46,254 bases of DNA from NCBI GenBank assembly GCA_020536535.1, contig JAHLWZ010000509.1, positions 1-46,254 on the forward strand. The letters run 5' to 3'. The position numbers were made by a program, and so were the translations under genes. The notes beneath the pieces were generated by a model. It did not search any database. It was not told the origin of the DNA and saw only the letters and a list, made by a program, of their open reading frames with translations. Every line of letters starts with the position of its first letter. Position 1 is the first letter of the stretch. Positions 22,101 to 35,600 of this stretch are shown here, in pieces. The stretch is from Pelomyxa schiedti (lineage: Eukaryota > Protista > Evosea).

Positions 22101-25100
22101 ACCGAGGGTGAACTGACAAAAGAACGTGAGGCCCACGGGCAGCTGCAGACTACACACGAGAATTTGATTCTAAATACCCACGACCTCACTAAACAACTGG
22201 ACACAGCAACAGCAACAGTTTCCAAGCTCAAGGAAGATCTACAGATCTCCATTTCTACATGTGAACATAAGTCACAGCAAGTCAGTGAACTTACATCCAA
22301 TCTTCAGGATTCAATAAAATGCAGCAATGAAATGAAGATTGAACACCAGAGGCAAATCGAAGAACAGGCATACAAGATGAGAGGTCTTGAGGATTCCCTT
22401 GCCAATTTACGAGAGACAGCCCACACCGAGTTGACAGCTTTGGAGTCGAAGAAAGAACAGCTGCTGACCGAAGTAAACTTGAGGATGAAACAATTACAGG
22501 AGCTTCTGGGTGCAAAAGAAGAGGAACTTAGAGAAACAACAAACTCACGTCTCCTAGCAGAGGAGCAACTTAAATTGTCCAAAGAAGAATATGCAACCAA
22601 TTTGGCACAAAAACAAACCCAGCTAGATCAGAAAGATGAAGAATTGCTCAAACTCACTGCTGTTGTGCAATTGAATGAGAACAAACTTGCCAAATTGTTT
22701 CAAAGCTCTGTCTCGATGGAAGCTCTTCTCAAAGAAACTCGCGAGCAATTGCAATTAAAAGAACAGGAACTGACGCACCTCAAAGAAGAGTTTGACGAGG
22801 TCACCAAGGCTAATTCTGCAACCACATCCGCTCTGAGGCAAGATGTTTGCAATAGAGAGGGCGAAATTAAGAGGATTGAATCCGAACTTCATGATGCTCT
22901 TGATAAGAAGTGCAAGCTTCAAGAGCAGTTAACGGCTGCACAAGGACAAGTGGAAGTAGCTACAAACCAAATCCAGCAGCTGAGAGGGGAGCTTTCTCAA
23001 AAGGAAGCCGCACTTCAGGAGCTACAGAAAGAAATGGAACAAACAATATCGAGCATGAGCGCACAGCGGACCACAGATATGGAACAGCTTGAAGCGGAAA
23101 AGTGTTCTTCTGCACAGCTCAAATCTGAGCTGGACGAAATCAAAGCAGCAGGTCTTATTGAAAGGGAGAACCATTCTCAATATTTAAAGCAACTTGAATC
23201 AGACTTGGAGGGGGCAATGCGTAAATTGCATGAAACCGAGCAACTGCTAGACACAGAGAAAAAATCCACCAACCAACTCACCGGTGAGAAGGAAGAGCTC
23301 CTCTCTCAAATGTCTCTTAGGGAAACAACTTTCAATGAGGAGTGGAATTCCAGTGAGAAGAAACTTACTGACGTGCACACTGAACTCACTCGGCAAATGC
23401 AAGCAAATGACCTCATCACGGAGGACCTGAAAGCCCTCAGAGGCCAACTTGAAGCTCAGATCAAAGATAATCTTTTAACTAAAACACAGAATGCCGATTT
23501 GGAGCTATCTCTCAAAAAGCAGTCAACAACGATTTCTGAGTTGGAAAATACAAAGAACCGAATGCAAGAAATTATCAGTCAGGCTGAGATCCAGTTGCAA
23601 GAAAAACAACACCAGTTGCAGATTAATGAAGAAGCCCTCACCTTTGAAAAGGAGAGCAACTTTCAACTCAAACAAAACCTCTTGGATCTGGAAAAATCCC
23701 ATCAAGAGTTCATGGAAAAAGCAAGCCAAGAGCATACCGAACTGCAGAAATCNNNNNNNNNNNNNNNNNNNNNNNNNNNNNNNNNNNNNNNNNNNNNNNN
23801 NNNNNNNNNNNNNNNNNNNNNNNNNNNNNNNNNNNNNNNNNNNNNNNNNNNNAAGCCCTCACCTTTGAAAAGGAGAGCAACTTTCAACTCAAACAAAACC
23901 TCTTGGATCTGGAAAAATCCCATCAAGAGTTCATGGAAAAAGCAAGCCAAGAGCATACCGAACTGCAGAAATCGAACGAAGAGCACCATTCACAGGAACA
24001 AAGAATGTGGGGGGAGAGAGAATTGCTTGCAAAGGAGAAGAAGGACGTGGAATCCAACCTAGCTGCTGCCTTACTAAGTGCAAGTGAAATCCAGAAAGAT
24101 CTTGACCGGGAGAGAGAGGCTCTTGGCCAACTCACCACTGAAAGAAACTCCCTCCATGCACGCACAGTATCACTGGAAGAGCAGCTATCAAGAGAGAAAA
24201 ACCTGTGTGAGGACAAACTCTTGGAGGTGAAAGAACAACGAGAGTCACTGGAGAAACATTTACATCAGTTGGAGACGCAACTGAAAGAAAAAGATGATGT
24301 GATTCAAGCTGAAAAAGAAAACTCCACAAAAATTATGAATGAGTGCTCTAGTTCCAACAAGAAGGCTGCGGAACTGCAAAACCAACTCTGTGCTCTTTTG
24401 GAGGAAGCGGAAAAGCAAAAGGGTGCTTCCATAGCTCAAATTCACCAAATTGAACAGGAAAAAATGGATATCGAAGCTCAACAGCAGCACACAGACTTCG
24501 CGCTGCGTGAGGCTTTGGGCAAGCTGGACAAGGTTGCCTCGGAAGCCAATCTACTTAGAGTTCAAGTTTCTCAGCGGGATGAAGAGATTTCACAACTTAA
24601 AGATGAGATTGAAAAAGAATCAAAACGATTCTACCAGGAACTTAAAGATTTTGAAGATGAGAAGATAAAAAGAGAGAGGGAAACCACTGAACTTCTGAAT
24701 AAACTCAGTTCCGAAAACGCTAAACTAACGGAAGAACTCACCATCAAGTCAGCCCGAATTCTGCAAGTGGAATGCTTGCTGCAGCAGGCACGGGAGCGTT
24801 CAGATCAAGAGGCGAAAGAAACAATGAAAGTTAAAGAATCTTTGATCTCCTCTGAACTACGCGTGCACGCAATGCAAGAGGCCTTAGACAAGCAGGCAAC
24901 GGAAGTGCAACATCTAAACGAGGAGCTTCATCAAGAGAAAGAGCTTCATGCTGCTGAAGTGAAAAAGGTGGAGGAGCAGAGCTTGATCTCTCTATTGAGT
25001 TTCGAAGAGGAAAGGCACAAATTGAATGAAAAGTTGAACAGTGCTACACAAGAAATGCTGGAAAAGCACAAGAAGCTGACGGATGCTGAAAACAAAACAG

Positions 25101-26854
25101 TTGCTCTTGTAACTCAAATACAGGAAGAAACGGAGATTTTTTCACACCAAAGAAATCTACTTGACCAGAAGAGGCAAGAAGCAGAAGACAACTACAACAA
25201 TTCCAAGAAGCTTTGGGAAGAACAGAGGCAACAACTCCTTGCCCAAGTGTCTAAGCTGGAGGAGCAAGTCGAAAACAGTGGCAAAGCTCTTCAAGATGAG
25301 AGTGAGTGCCACCAGCGGTTGACGTGCCAACTCAAGGAGTCTCTTGAGGATAACAAAGCTCTGCAAAGTCAAATGACATGCATGCAGGAAAAAACTGTGG
25401 AGGCATTGGAAGAAAATAGGAAGGCAACTGATGCTGGGAAGCTATTAGAAGAGCAGCTCTCAGAGGACAAAGATTTAATTGGGCACCAAAAGAAATCCTT
25501 GCAGGAACTTGCATATCTCATCACGGAGTTGACGGCAGAACTTAATGTAGAAACTTTGCGAAAGAACGAACTCCAGAAATCATTAAATAACCTTGCCGTT
25601 GAATTGATATCTTCAAAACAAGAAACCTCGAGTCTGAGGCAGCATCAGATGCAGATGGATATTGTAAATGCAAATGCTGTAGGAGAAATGGAAACAACAA
25701 AATCCTCATTAATGGTGGAACTGGAGAAAAGGCAGCAGTCTGAAAGTGAAGTGTCAAAAACTTGTGGCCTACTGAGGGATGAGCTTGAAGCTACCAAGGC
25801 CGATTTAGCAAGAGAAAGAACCAACTTTGCTGAACTACAGCAGCTCTGTAAAGATGCTGAGGAGAGGAACGATTCAGTTTCCAGCATGCAATATCAGAAC
25901 AAAGTCTTACAAGATAGCCTCGGAAAAAGGGACCAGCTCATTTCTCAAAATGAGTCCCACATAGCACAAAGTGAAGCAGAAAAGATTGAATTAGAAAAGG
26001 AAAAACTAAAAGCATTGCAAGATATCGAAGTTCTTGAGGGTAAGCTGAAGGCCTTTGAAACTCAGATGGAAAATACACGTGAAGAAAATGAAAAAATCAA
26101 GGAGCATCTGACTTCCGAACTGAGAAATTCCGCCACCAAAACAGATTCTTTGACGGAGCAACTCAGCACAGAAAGTTCACGTGTAAGAGAACTTGAAGGC
26201 GAGAAGAAAAGACTATCGCAGCTGATGGAGCAGACTCAAGCCGACTGCAATGCGGCAATCGCACGAAACCGGATAACAGAAGAGTCCTTGGCCGCAGAAC
26301 AAAGGAAAACTTCTGAACTGCAGGATACTCTAGTGGAAGCAGAAGACACCATGCAACACTTGGAATCTGTAATCTCAGAGGCCAAGCAACAAGTGTCTAA
26401 GCTCCAAGATGAAAAGGATGAGGCGGTGAAATTAGCTGAATCACTCAGGCCCCAGATGCCAAGACACCTTCTCCACGTAACAGAAGAGTCCAAGCAGAAG
26501 CGTTTCGAAGCTCTCGCCACCCAAATCAAGGCACTAGAGGAAGAAAGAGAGAAAGCTACCACACAAGTCACCATACTGGAAACCCAGGTTTCACAGCTTC
26601 AGCAGCTTCTAGAAAAGGAGAAAGAAAAGCTAATCAACCACAAATGCACCACTCCGGAAACCACATCCACTTCCACTTGCACTTCAACTTCAACAACCAC
26701 CGCAACAGTAACAAAAGAGCAAAGTAGCATCACCTCACCCAATACTAGAAGAGCAACAGCACTGGGAACAATTGTACATGGGAGTGTCCTGATACTGCCG
26801 TGGTTGGGACTTATTGTTTTATTGGCCTGGCTCTATTTGGTGAAACACCTTTAA
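19128..26854 (+). CDS. Giant actin-binding protein: tandem calponin-homology domains, ~2000-aa coiled coil, C-terminal transmembrane anchor (interaptin-like)
   Basis: CH1: LIRWCNETL..DL.DGLSLVNLVEVLSGK..NIQSALKFL. CH2: KSLLLQWAQ..IRNFTTDWTTGRAL..IPKIIEPEE..SVLCYISYF. ORFs 20367 and 23903 fall into one frame once the gap and its duplicated 121 bp (221 nt in total) are removed. The protein ends VLILPWLGLIVLLAWLYLVKHL*. Confidence 0.88.
23632..23973. other. 100-N scaffold gap (23753-23852) flanked by an exact 121-bp contig-end overlap
   Basis: 23632-23752 is identical to 23853-23973. Confidence 0.95.
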
Positions 26855-27018
26855 TTGGGGTTTATGTTTCCCCAAGCATGTAAACTGTAGGATATGAGAC
26901 AATGTTGTTTTTTCTTTCTTACTTTCCACCCTTGTGCCTCACCACCACCATCTAAATACCTTGTTGATCTTTCGTTCAAAAATTTTTTCCGAACGGAGTT
27001 GTTACGACTGTGCCGGGA

Positions 27019-30000
27019 ATGACAATGAGAAAGACGTCAGTTTCGTCGCCGTCCCTTTCTGTTATGAACCTACTGTCGGCCTTCACGTATGTCAAACGTC
27101 GGCATCCCGTCCCACAATCGAAGATCACCCTTTTTCCCTAGCCCTCTCCCCTCGCACCCCATTTAAATTCGCGATTGCTCTTCGTTCTCCTACCTTCACA
27201 ATTATTGCTTTTAATTAAAATATTGTTTCTTGACTGCAGGCAAGGAGGCAGGGGTGATTCTGGGTCACCAACGCATCACAGCCCTCATCAGGGTGACCTT
27301 CCATTGTCAGTTTCACCTACATCATCATCGTCCTCTCATGTGACTCACTTTGTGCCTCCTGCAGTTCCTGTGGCTGTAACTCTGACTGGTTCAAATGCTG
27401 GTGTGTTCACGTCGCCGAGAAGTGGGAGTGCTGCAGCAGTGAATAGTATTGGGACTGTGAATGGCAATTGTGCGAACATCAATGGAAATGTGAATTCAAA
27501 TTTGAATGTGGCCAAGATTCATATGTCGCGCAGTCCTGCCCATAGCCCCTCACACTGCCGCACTGCGAGCAGTGCGAGTCCTTCACATGTACATATGATT
27601 CCAACCACGCCTTCCAGCAGCTCCTTGACGGGCACAGGGACGAGGTGTGCCAGGAGCCGCAGCATGTCATCAGTTGGCAGCGTGACTGCGAGTTCATATT
27701 CTTCCGCAAGTAAGTCGCCTTCTTCTTCTTCGTATTCTGGCAGTGAAAATGGGAGTGAATATTCTGAGAATTCAGCTAAATCGTCATCTGCATCGTCAGA
27801 GGCTGCATCCCCACCATTGATGGGTGCACCGGAACAAAGAACACCCGTGGCTGCCTTTTCTACTACTCAGTCTGCCTCAGGTACTTCTCCTAGGAGAAGG
27901 GATGAAAGTTTCCCCAGTGACGGAGGAAGAAGTAGCATCACAAGCAGTGCCGGAAGTGCTTGTGGAAGCTTTACTCTCGGCAAAACAGGAAGCGATACGA
28001 GTGGGGCAATCACCAACCACAACAGGATGAAAGTGTTTCTTAAATCCATGTCCCCTGATGTAGAACAAGTGAGACAATGTGAGGAATACTTCACTCGTCT
28101 TCGCTCCTTTGGCAGTGCCCCAGGAGGTGATGCAGTAGCCACTGCCGTTAATAAGCATCTAACAAGCATCCTTGGTATGACTGAGACGCTCCTCCATATT
28201 TTAATATAGAAAACATATGGAGTAGTTTTACCGCCTTTGCATCTCACTGTTGAAAAGCCGTTCATCAGAGTGGTGAAGAGTTGGCTTCAGAGCTACAGAA
28301 AATTGCCTTCCCAGGTACTTTACAGTATGTGTTAGCAGAAGCTTTATCCGCCTCTCGTAAGAAAATGTATTCTGCATGTGAGGACCAGAAGGTTCAACCG
28401 AATTGAGAAGTAACTCCTTTAACACTTCTCAGGGCATACTGAAGTCCTTAATAAGCGTGTACGACCAATGTTGTATGACAGAAGCACAACTTGATGGCTT
28501 TAGGGTTCGAACCTGTTTAAGTTCTTTGTCTTTCTGTCTAATTTAAGACAGAACCAACAAGTATTATTTAATTCGACTTTGGAAAGATGCAACCAATTAC
28601 GGGAAAAATTCAAATCAAGTTTTATTTCCAAAGAAGATAATGTAATTGATACAGCAATTTTTGAGGTTCTCCCACTCGTTGTTGAGATGAAAATGAAGTA
28701 ACCAACATAGTAGGCATCACAGAAACTTCGGGATTGTCAAGAACAATGTGAATCTCAATTAGAAGGCCTGGAAAATGCACTTTTCTCGCGCTGTTCCAAA
28801 TTGCAGCACTATGTGACGGATGTTCTTTTGGGAGTAGGAACTGTAAATTTCAACTTCAATCCATAATTATATCCCAGTTTGTTCGGATGGAGAAATCTTT
28901 GTGTAACATCACCGTCGCTACTTTAGAAGAAATTGATCCTGCATACCAACGACTTCTCCAGGTGAATCTTTAAACGAGTCCTCGTTAAGCCTCACTTCCC
29001 ATTCAAAAATAAGAAAGCGGATACGATCTCCCTAGAGCATGTCTTGAATGACCCGGAGTGCACAGAACAATTTTGCACTTATGTCGCAACTGCTGGCCAG
29101 CAGACAGAGAACCTCAACTTTTGGATCGAAGCTGAAAAGTATAGGAAGACAGAAGACACAGCAAACCTTCTTACTATTGTGCCACTGTCCTTTCCTTAAA
29201 CCTGTTTTTGTAATTATTTAGTTTCAGGAAATCCATAACAAATACATTGACGAACATAGCCCAGCACCTATTAAGATTCCAGAAAGTGTAAGGTTTGTAG
29301 CAGAGTCTCTTTGTCAACCAACTTACAATGCCTCACATAGACAAGACCTAGACAACGCTTTAGCACAGAAAGAAGTTTTCATTGACTCTTTCTATCTTGC
29401 ACAGGAATACTCTTTATGTGTAGGGGTTCCTTTCACGAACAAATTGTACAATTAAGCCAGAAAACATAGGCCCTGAGGGAGAGTGTATTTAACGATTTTG
29501 CTTTACGATTTTTAAAGGAAATGGTATTAGGTAAGTTGATTTGCATGCAGTACAAATTCCTTACCTTCTTCAGAAAAACGTAGTCCTGATGTAAAGAAGT
29601 CGGTAGTTAGTTCTCTTGAAGACGTTGTGCGAAATCCTGTTGCTCTTGAATACTTCACAAAATTTCTGCAGGTAAAATGATCCCAACTTTATTTTCATTC
29701 AGAGGCACACGAAAAATAGGTCAAACCAGTAGAAAGTAATTCTCTCCGGTTTTGGCTGGAAGCGGAACTTGCCTGCAATATACGAGCAGTAACAGAAGCA
29801 ACAACTGCATTAAATAAAGATATTTATGAGGTATAACAGAACACACCCATATTCTTTGTCAACCCCATGCTTAAAAGACGTACTTTCCTTCTGATGCTCC
29901 ATACTATATTCCGTGGCACCCCAAAATCAGGGATGACACAAGAGAAAAAGTTCTCTGCAATATGCCTGCAATTTACATTTTTACTGTTCCCAAAAACATA

Positions 30001-30864
30001 GTGTTGAATATGTTGAAAGTGTGTTTGCCCTTTATGATGCACTTATTTACCCCTTTCAACACAGAAAACTACTTTTCAACAATTTTTGACCAGTCCGCTT
30101 TATCAAGAATATACCGAACTGACTGACACACACGTTCGACCAAGAAAATCGTCTCCTGTTTATCTATCCTCCAAAAAACGTGCCGATATTCAAGGTATCA
30201 ACCCAAAGTCAAGTGTTTATAACTTTTTGCAGTGCGGAAGAAAGGGAATGACACGGTAGCTGGCCAGCTATCAAAGAAACATCGCTAAAATAGATATTAG
30301 AGAGTTGACATTGTATTCAAAGGAACTGTTTACCCAGAGGCTTTCAAGAAGTTCCTGAAAGCACAAAAACATCCAGCGCAGTTACACTTTGAGTGTTGGA
30401 ATGAGATTGATAAATTTACACGAAATCCATCCAAGCATCGGGCACAAGAAGTATGATGCTACGATTTTTAACACTCTAAATCCTCGCAAGATTTTTAACA
30501 AGTATCTGAGCACCAAATCAGTTATGCTGATTCCTGCGGCACTCAAATCGACGGTGCCACTTGCATTCCTTTTCTGTAAGACTAATTAATTACCATGGCA
30601 AGGTGGAGTCCGGGCTTGAGGGAGACAAAGAACCACCAGCAACGATTTTCACGTCTATTCAAGAGAAGAACGTGGAAGAAATATCTTCAGCATTTGAAAG
30701 ATTTTTAAAAACATCTGTGTATAAGGTATTTTGTCTTGCGTAGACCTGTTTCTATCACCAAAAAAAAAAAAATCCAATCCCAGGATGCCAAAAAAGAGAG
30801 GAAAAAAGTTACAGAGCAAGCAAACAAGGAGCGAAGCAGCTGCCTCAAATTACACTTCAGGTGA
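27019..30864 (+). CDS. Ser-rich N-terminus + helical BAR-like region + three tandem RGS domains
   Basis: RGS1: SLEHVLND..FCTYV..ENLNFWIEAEKYR..IHNKYIDEHSPAPIKI. RGS2: SLEDVVRNPVALEYFTKFL..SLRFWLEAE. RGS3: EAFKKFLK..ECWNEIDKF..AQEIFNKYL..FERFLKTSVY. Many short introns; the last exon is uncertain. Confidence 0.82.
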
Positions 30865-31684
30865 GAACTTCGTTGCAGTTACAATCAATCCTCGATCACT
30901 TCTTGTTTGTTGGCACACTACCACAACAGCCAAAATAATAATAAAAGAATCCAGAAAGGGTGAAGTACCCTTTCGTTTCCTTTTTTAAAAAAATATTTCG
31001 TTCTGGTGTTGAACAAGAAAGATCGAGGGGTTGCCCTGAGAAGTATCACTGTAAAGAGTATCCTAGGGATTACATCCTCCAAGTGATAAAGAGTTCCTTG
31101 TTTAAGCACCCCACATGAATGGATCTAAATAGTAATAAGCACGCCTATTTGAAACTGTGGAACCAACCTGATTTTCCATTGGTTTCAAGTTGAATTGGTG
31201 GTTCTCATAGAACACCCTTCTGGTTAGGAAAGCGGATTTGCTGGCTGGCATGTATTTCGCGTGGCTGAGAAACGGATGGAGAAGAAGTTAGGCAACAACT
31301 CAGACTTCGAACTGGATGGGTTGCGGGGAAATGATATCTCATAAGTGTTCCTTTGGCCCTTCTCAAAGTCCGGAAAATACATCACTTCCCTTCAAGAGTG
31401 TCCTGCTTGTAAAGTGACTGGAAGAAGGTTAAGCATGAGGTGCAAATCCTTGTCCCAACGCAAATACATCGTCCGTGAAGCAACCTGTATTATTGTTGAG
31501 AACTTGCTGAATAGTATTTTGATGAACCTGGAAACTGTAATTGACTCCAAGAGTGTTTTATGCATGTTACAACTGGATGCCAGGGTGTTAAATGCCGAAA
31601 AGGCTTGTTATAAACGACGAATGAATGGTACCTCCATGACTTGAAGTAACAGAACGTCCACGACAATGTTGGTTTGTTGACATA

Positions 31685-31775
31685 ATGCAACCACAGAGTC
31701 GCCTTGCGCACTTCACCAGAGGATTCATTCTTGGTACGAGTCAAGAATGAACGCAAGGCGACTCTGTGGTTGCAT
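31685..31775. repeat. Nested hairpin: 24-bp perfect stem, 15-nt one-sided bulge, 10-bp inner stem, 8-nt loop
   Basis: atgcaaccacagagtcgccttgcg (31685-31708) pairs with cgcaaggcgactctgtggttgcat (31752-31775). ttcattcttg (31724-31733) pairs with caagaatgaa (31742-31751). Confidence 0.92.
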
Positions 31776-32690
31776 CACGTCCACGAAGGAAAACTCAAAG
31801 CAGAAAAGTTCCTCCCCTCGTGTTGCCTGGCACTCACCAAAACAAACAGGATTTCTGACCGAACCCACAACCACTACTGACCATCACTACAAATCATCCC
31901 AAACCACAGCATCTACATAACAAATTTTTGCCTAAAAGTCCTGGGAAAGGAATTTTTTGGGAATTAACGTGTCTTGGGAAAGGCCCGTTACGAAGCCTCA
32001 GCAAAAATGGTGATTGGAGAGTACGAGAGCTTGATTATGGGACGAAGCTAGCCCGTGACCTTTTTGTTGCAGCCATTGGTGAAGAAATGAATGACCACGA
32101 TTTGATCGTTGTCAGGCACAACTGTTGCCCGTTGTCAACGTCCAGCGATCCTTTTCCCCAGTGGCAGTGCCATCAACTCCTTTTTGATTGTGGCGTTGAA
32201 CTATGGCAAAAGAACAAACCCGTAACACTTGACTACTGTTGATTGCCCTGCACTTCCCTCTGTTGTTGTGGTGAGTAGTCCCTGGGGTCTGTATCTTTTA
32301 GACTAGGATGAGGCCGGCACGGTCATCGGTTGCGCACAGCAGATACTCACACAGTACTACTCGCTGGATCGGCGCCACGTAGGGAAGGGCCTATGGACTC
32401 GTGGCATAGCTTGCGGCTTCCTCCAGCTTCTAATTCGATTACTCAAGTCCCCATTAGGGCCTCTGAACGTGAACGGGAGCTATCTAACAGAAGGAGCCCA
32501 GGCGGAATCGCAGGCTGTGGAGTGTTTCCCCTGCCTAGCACTGCGGCCGTGGCTGCATGCGGTGCTGCCGAGGCTACAGCTACTGACCTGGACCCGGTGG
32601 TTGCTTCCGCTATGGACAACTTCAGGTGGAACATGGAGGCTTCGTGGAGTGGGGTGGGGATAGGGATTTATTTCCGCTCGTACTCTGTGA

Positions 32691-35600
32691 GTGACTGTCA
32701 TGGGGATGCGTATGAGAGCCAGAATTCCGACGGCAAGAACTATCGCACTGGCTATGGATGTATCTCGTGGGCACATGTCACCCGGTTCAGCAGAGAAAAC
32801 TTCTCTGCCGGAAACCACTTCAATATCCGACTTGAACTTAATGGCACTTATTTCTTGTTCCAACCGAGCAGTTCTTGGGTCATTCTTTATTGTACTTTCA
32901 GTTGGCGCAGTCTCCCTCGCGACGAATGCTACCAGTCACGGCAAGGATTACGCTGATGAGCCAAGCACGCCAGCTTCTAAGAAGGCGAGGGCTCCATACC
33001 CCCCTATGGTTTCCACAACAACAACAACCACTACAACCACTACACCAACTACACCCATTCCCTATGAGCATAACCATGATAATTACATTCACCCTCTCAG
33101 TCAGCACCACCAAGACCGACACCGAGACGACCACAGGCAAAAGTATAAACACCACCATAAGGGTCGTCATCACAGCAGCAACAACAAAAGCTGTGAAACC
33201 CACTCCCACAAGCATGATCGCAAACACCACCACACCTCAGAAAAGGAGCTGGATTTCATACAGGTTCTGCCAAGGAAGCGTGCAGAAGAGTTTCTTCCAC
33301 TTGGATCATCATCAACCACACTTACAATAACATCTGATTTGGGAGCATCCATGAGTGTGGCGGGGATGGACATTGCGGGAGTTCATGAGTTGGAATTCTC
33401 CGCCAAAAGCAGCGTAGGAATGAGAATGGGGGCTGTTTCCAGTAGTGCCCACACTGAAACACGGCCCCAATACTGTGATGACAAAGGGGTTTTTAATAAC
33501 GAGAAAAACAGGCCATCCGCTGAGCAACCTCAAAATCCTGCAGAGGTATTGTATATTGGGGACAATGAAGATGATCAGGTACAGGTTTTTTCCTTCTTTT
33601 TTTCATTCCTCCACCCTGTAATTAATTAAAGTATACTGACACCTTTTTTTTCTCCCCCTTCCTCAATTTTATAGAACAATATGTGCAGTTCTTCACCTTC
33701 TTCTGTCCATTTACAGGAGATCACACAGAGGAGCCACGAAGAGATCAGCCCACGGGATGAGGATATTTACGGACGCGAGAAAATTCTTATTAGTCGCGAG
33801 CAAAACATAACTCTAAGGTGAATATATCTTCCTAACTACGCTCATTTACTTGACTCGTTCTAACATCCCTTCTCCCTCCATTGATGTAGCCAATCACCTG
33901 AAGAGCGTTTAGAGGCGCCAAGCCCTGAGCAAGAGCTGCAGTCATTCATTCAAGAACAAATTCAGCCCACAGGAGTGAAGGTTGCTCTGCCCACTGTGTG
34001 CCAAACCCCTTCTTCTATCGAAAGATTGGAAAAAACCCCGAAAGAGCTCAGGTGATGTATTTCCCTCATTCATCATCTCCCATTATCTCATTCATAAACC
34101 CCTTCTCCTTCACATGGGTACAGGCAATCACAAGAACAACACTCGAAGGTGACCTCCACCCCTGAGCCTACGGGTCTTCCAGAAGTCAATGGAGCAGATA
34201 ATCATCAAGCAGAGCCGGTGTGTTTCGCTTAAAAATGCGCAGTTCACTTCTTACCAATTTTACAGAGTAAAATGGCACAAGATACAGAAATCTATTGCAT
34301 CGAAGTAGGTGGACCAATCGAAGAACCACAAGCGCCGAAAATTATAGATTTCAAATCGGCGTTCTCAGTGTTGATGAACCTTTCAGAACAGCAGGTTATA
34401 CCCAAAAACTGAACACATACAATTCGCCTGACACATCACACAGAAAGACTTGCTTGCAAGAAGTGAAGAACTCCGAATGAAAGAGAAAGAGTTCTCTGAC
34501 CAAAAAATGGTGGAGATGGAGCAAAAAATTAGGTTGGGTAACTACTTTGGTTGGGTAACCCCTTACACAACACATTTTCTATTTGTAGGGACCTGACAGA
34601 CTCCCAAAGAAAGAAACAAAAGAATTCTGACCAAGGAATCCTAATTAGAATCAGGGTTGGCCCGGGGCCGGAAGATTTCCAGCTTCTGAGGCTGTTCGAG
34701 AGTGACTGTGGGTGCGCGCTTAGAGTTGTTACTGTTGCAAGTGAAACAGACGAAATTGGATCTGCCGACTTCAAAATAAACCTGTCGGAGCTCCACAAAG
34801 ATGGAAACTTTGAGTTTTTTAAGAACATAGTACTCTACAAGTGGCACTATTGTTGAGATTCCGTCAACGCCCCCAGACGCCAGCTCCTCACCACCATCCT
34901 CTGTTAAGTTGAAATTCCCAAAAGGTGGCAAAAAAGCGAGAGGGGCCAAAAGAGTTACCTGGGAAACCAATTGCGATAAATGGCTCAAGGTACTAAACAC
35001 AACAACAACAAATACCACACCACCAAAACCCTCACTGACTTTAAACCCACCACAGAGTGCCGTTAAGATTGCAAATGATCCAGAGTCAGACGGGACAGAA
35101 CAAGTCCCACGACATGTGATTGACATTCGGAATGGCAAGGACCACAAAATTCAATTGCAAAACGGTGATCATTGCACACGAGGTCTCATTGACCATTGCA
35201 TTAGCAGAGTGGTCCCTACTCGTGACGCAAATCCCATCCCATACGCCGATGTATCCCACCCTCCACCTTCTTCCTTGCTGACTACTACTAGGTGGCTGTT
35301 GAGGACGAGTCCGGAAAAGGGTTGAGCACGCCTTATCAGATATTGGTATATTGGACCGTGTTGCTTGCATGGAGGAAGTCGAAGGGTCTTGGACCATTTA
35401 TTGGAATGGTGCTTTGGAAACCTTGCCACCAATGCAAGGACATCACCGGAAATGCGACAGAGTATGAGTTTTATTGCACGGAACCCACTGTGGCGTTTTA
35501 CTACGTGAGTGAGAATGGAATAACACAAAGCAATGCAATGTCGTCAGAGAAGGCTTACCAGTGGCTCATCTATTTTATCCGGGACTTTCAAAAAATTGAC

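Noticed and set aside
23632-23973. Apparent tandem duplication and frameshift in the coiled-coil gene
   Set aside because: It is an exact 121-bp overlap around an N gap, and removing 221 nt restores the frame, so it is an assembly artefact.
20681-26574. Many antisense Ser/Leu/Phe-rich ORFs
   Set aside because: They are shadows of the Glu/Lys/Gln-rich coiled-coil exon.
28251-28253. Apparent in-frame TGA after Cys (selenocysteine or readthrough) in the RGS gene
   Set aside because: An in-phase acceptor at 28257, preceded by branch-like ctcac, places the TGA inside intron 28175-28257.
30900-32950. Short ORFs on both strands
   Set aside because: They have no motifs and contain stops. They may be degraded gene remnants, but I cannot support that.
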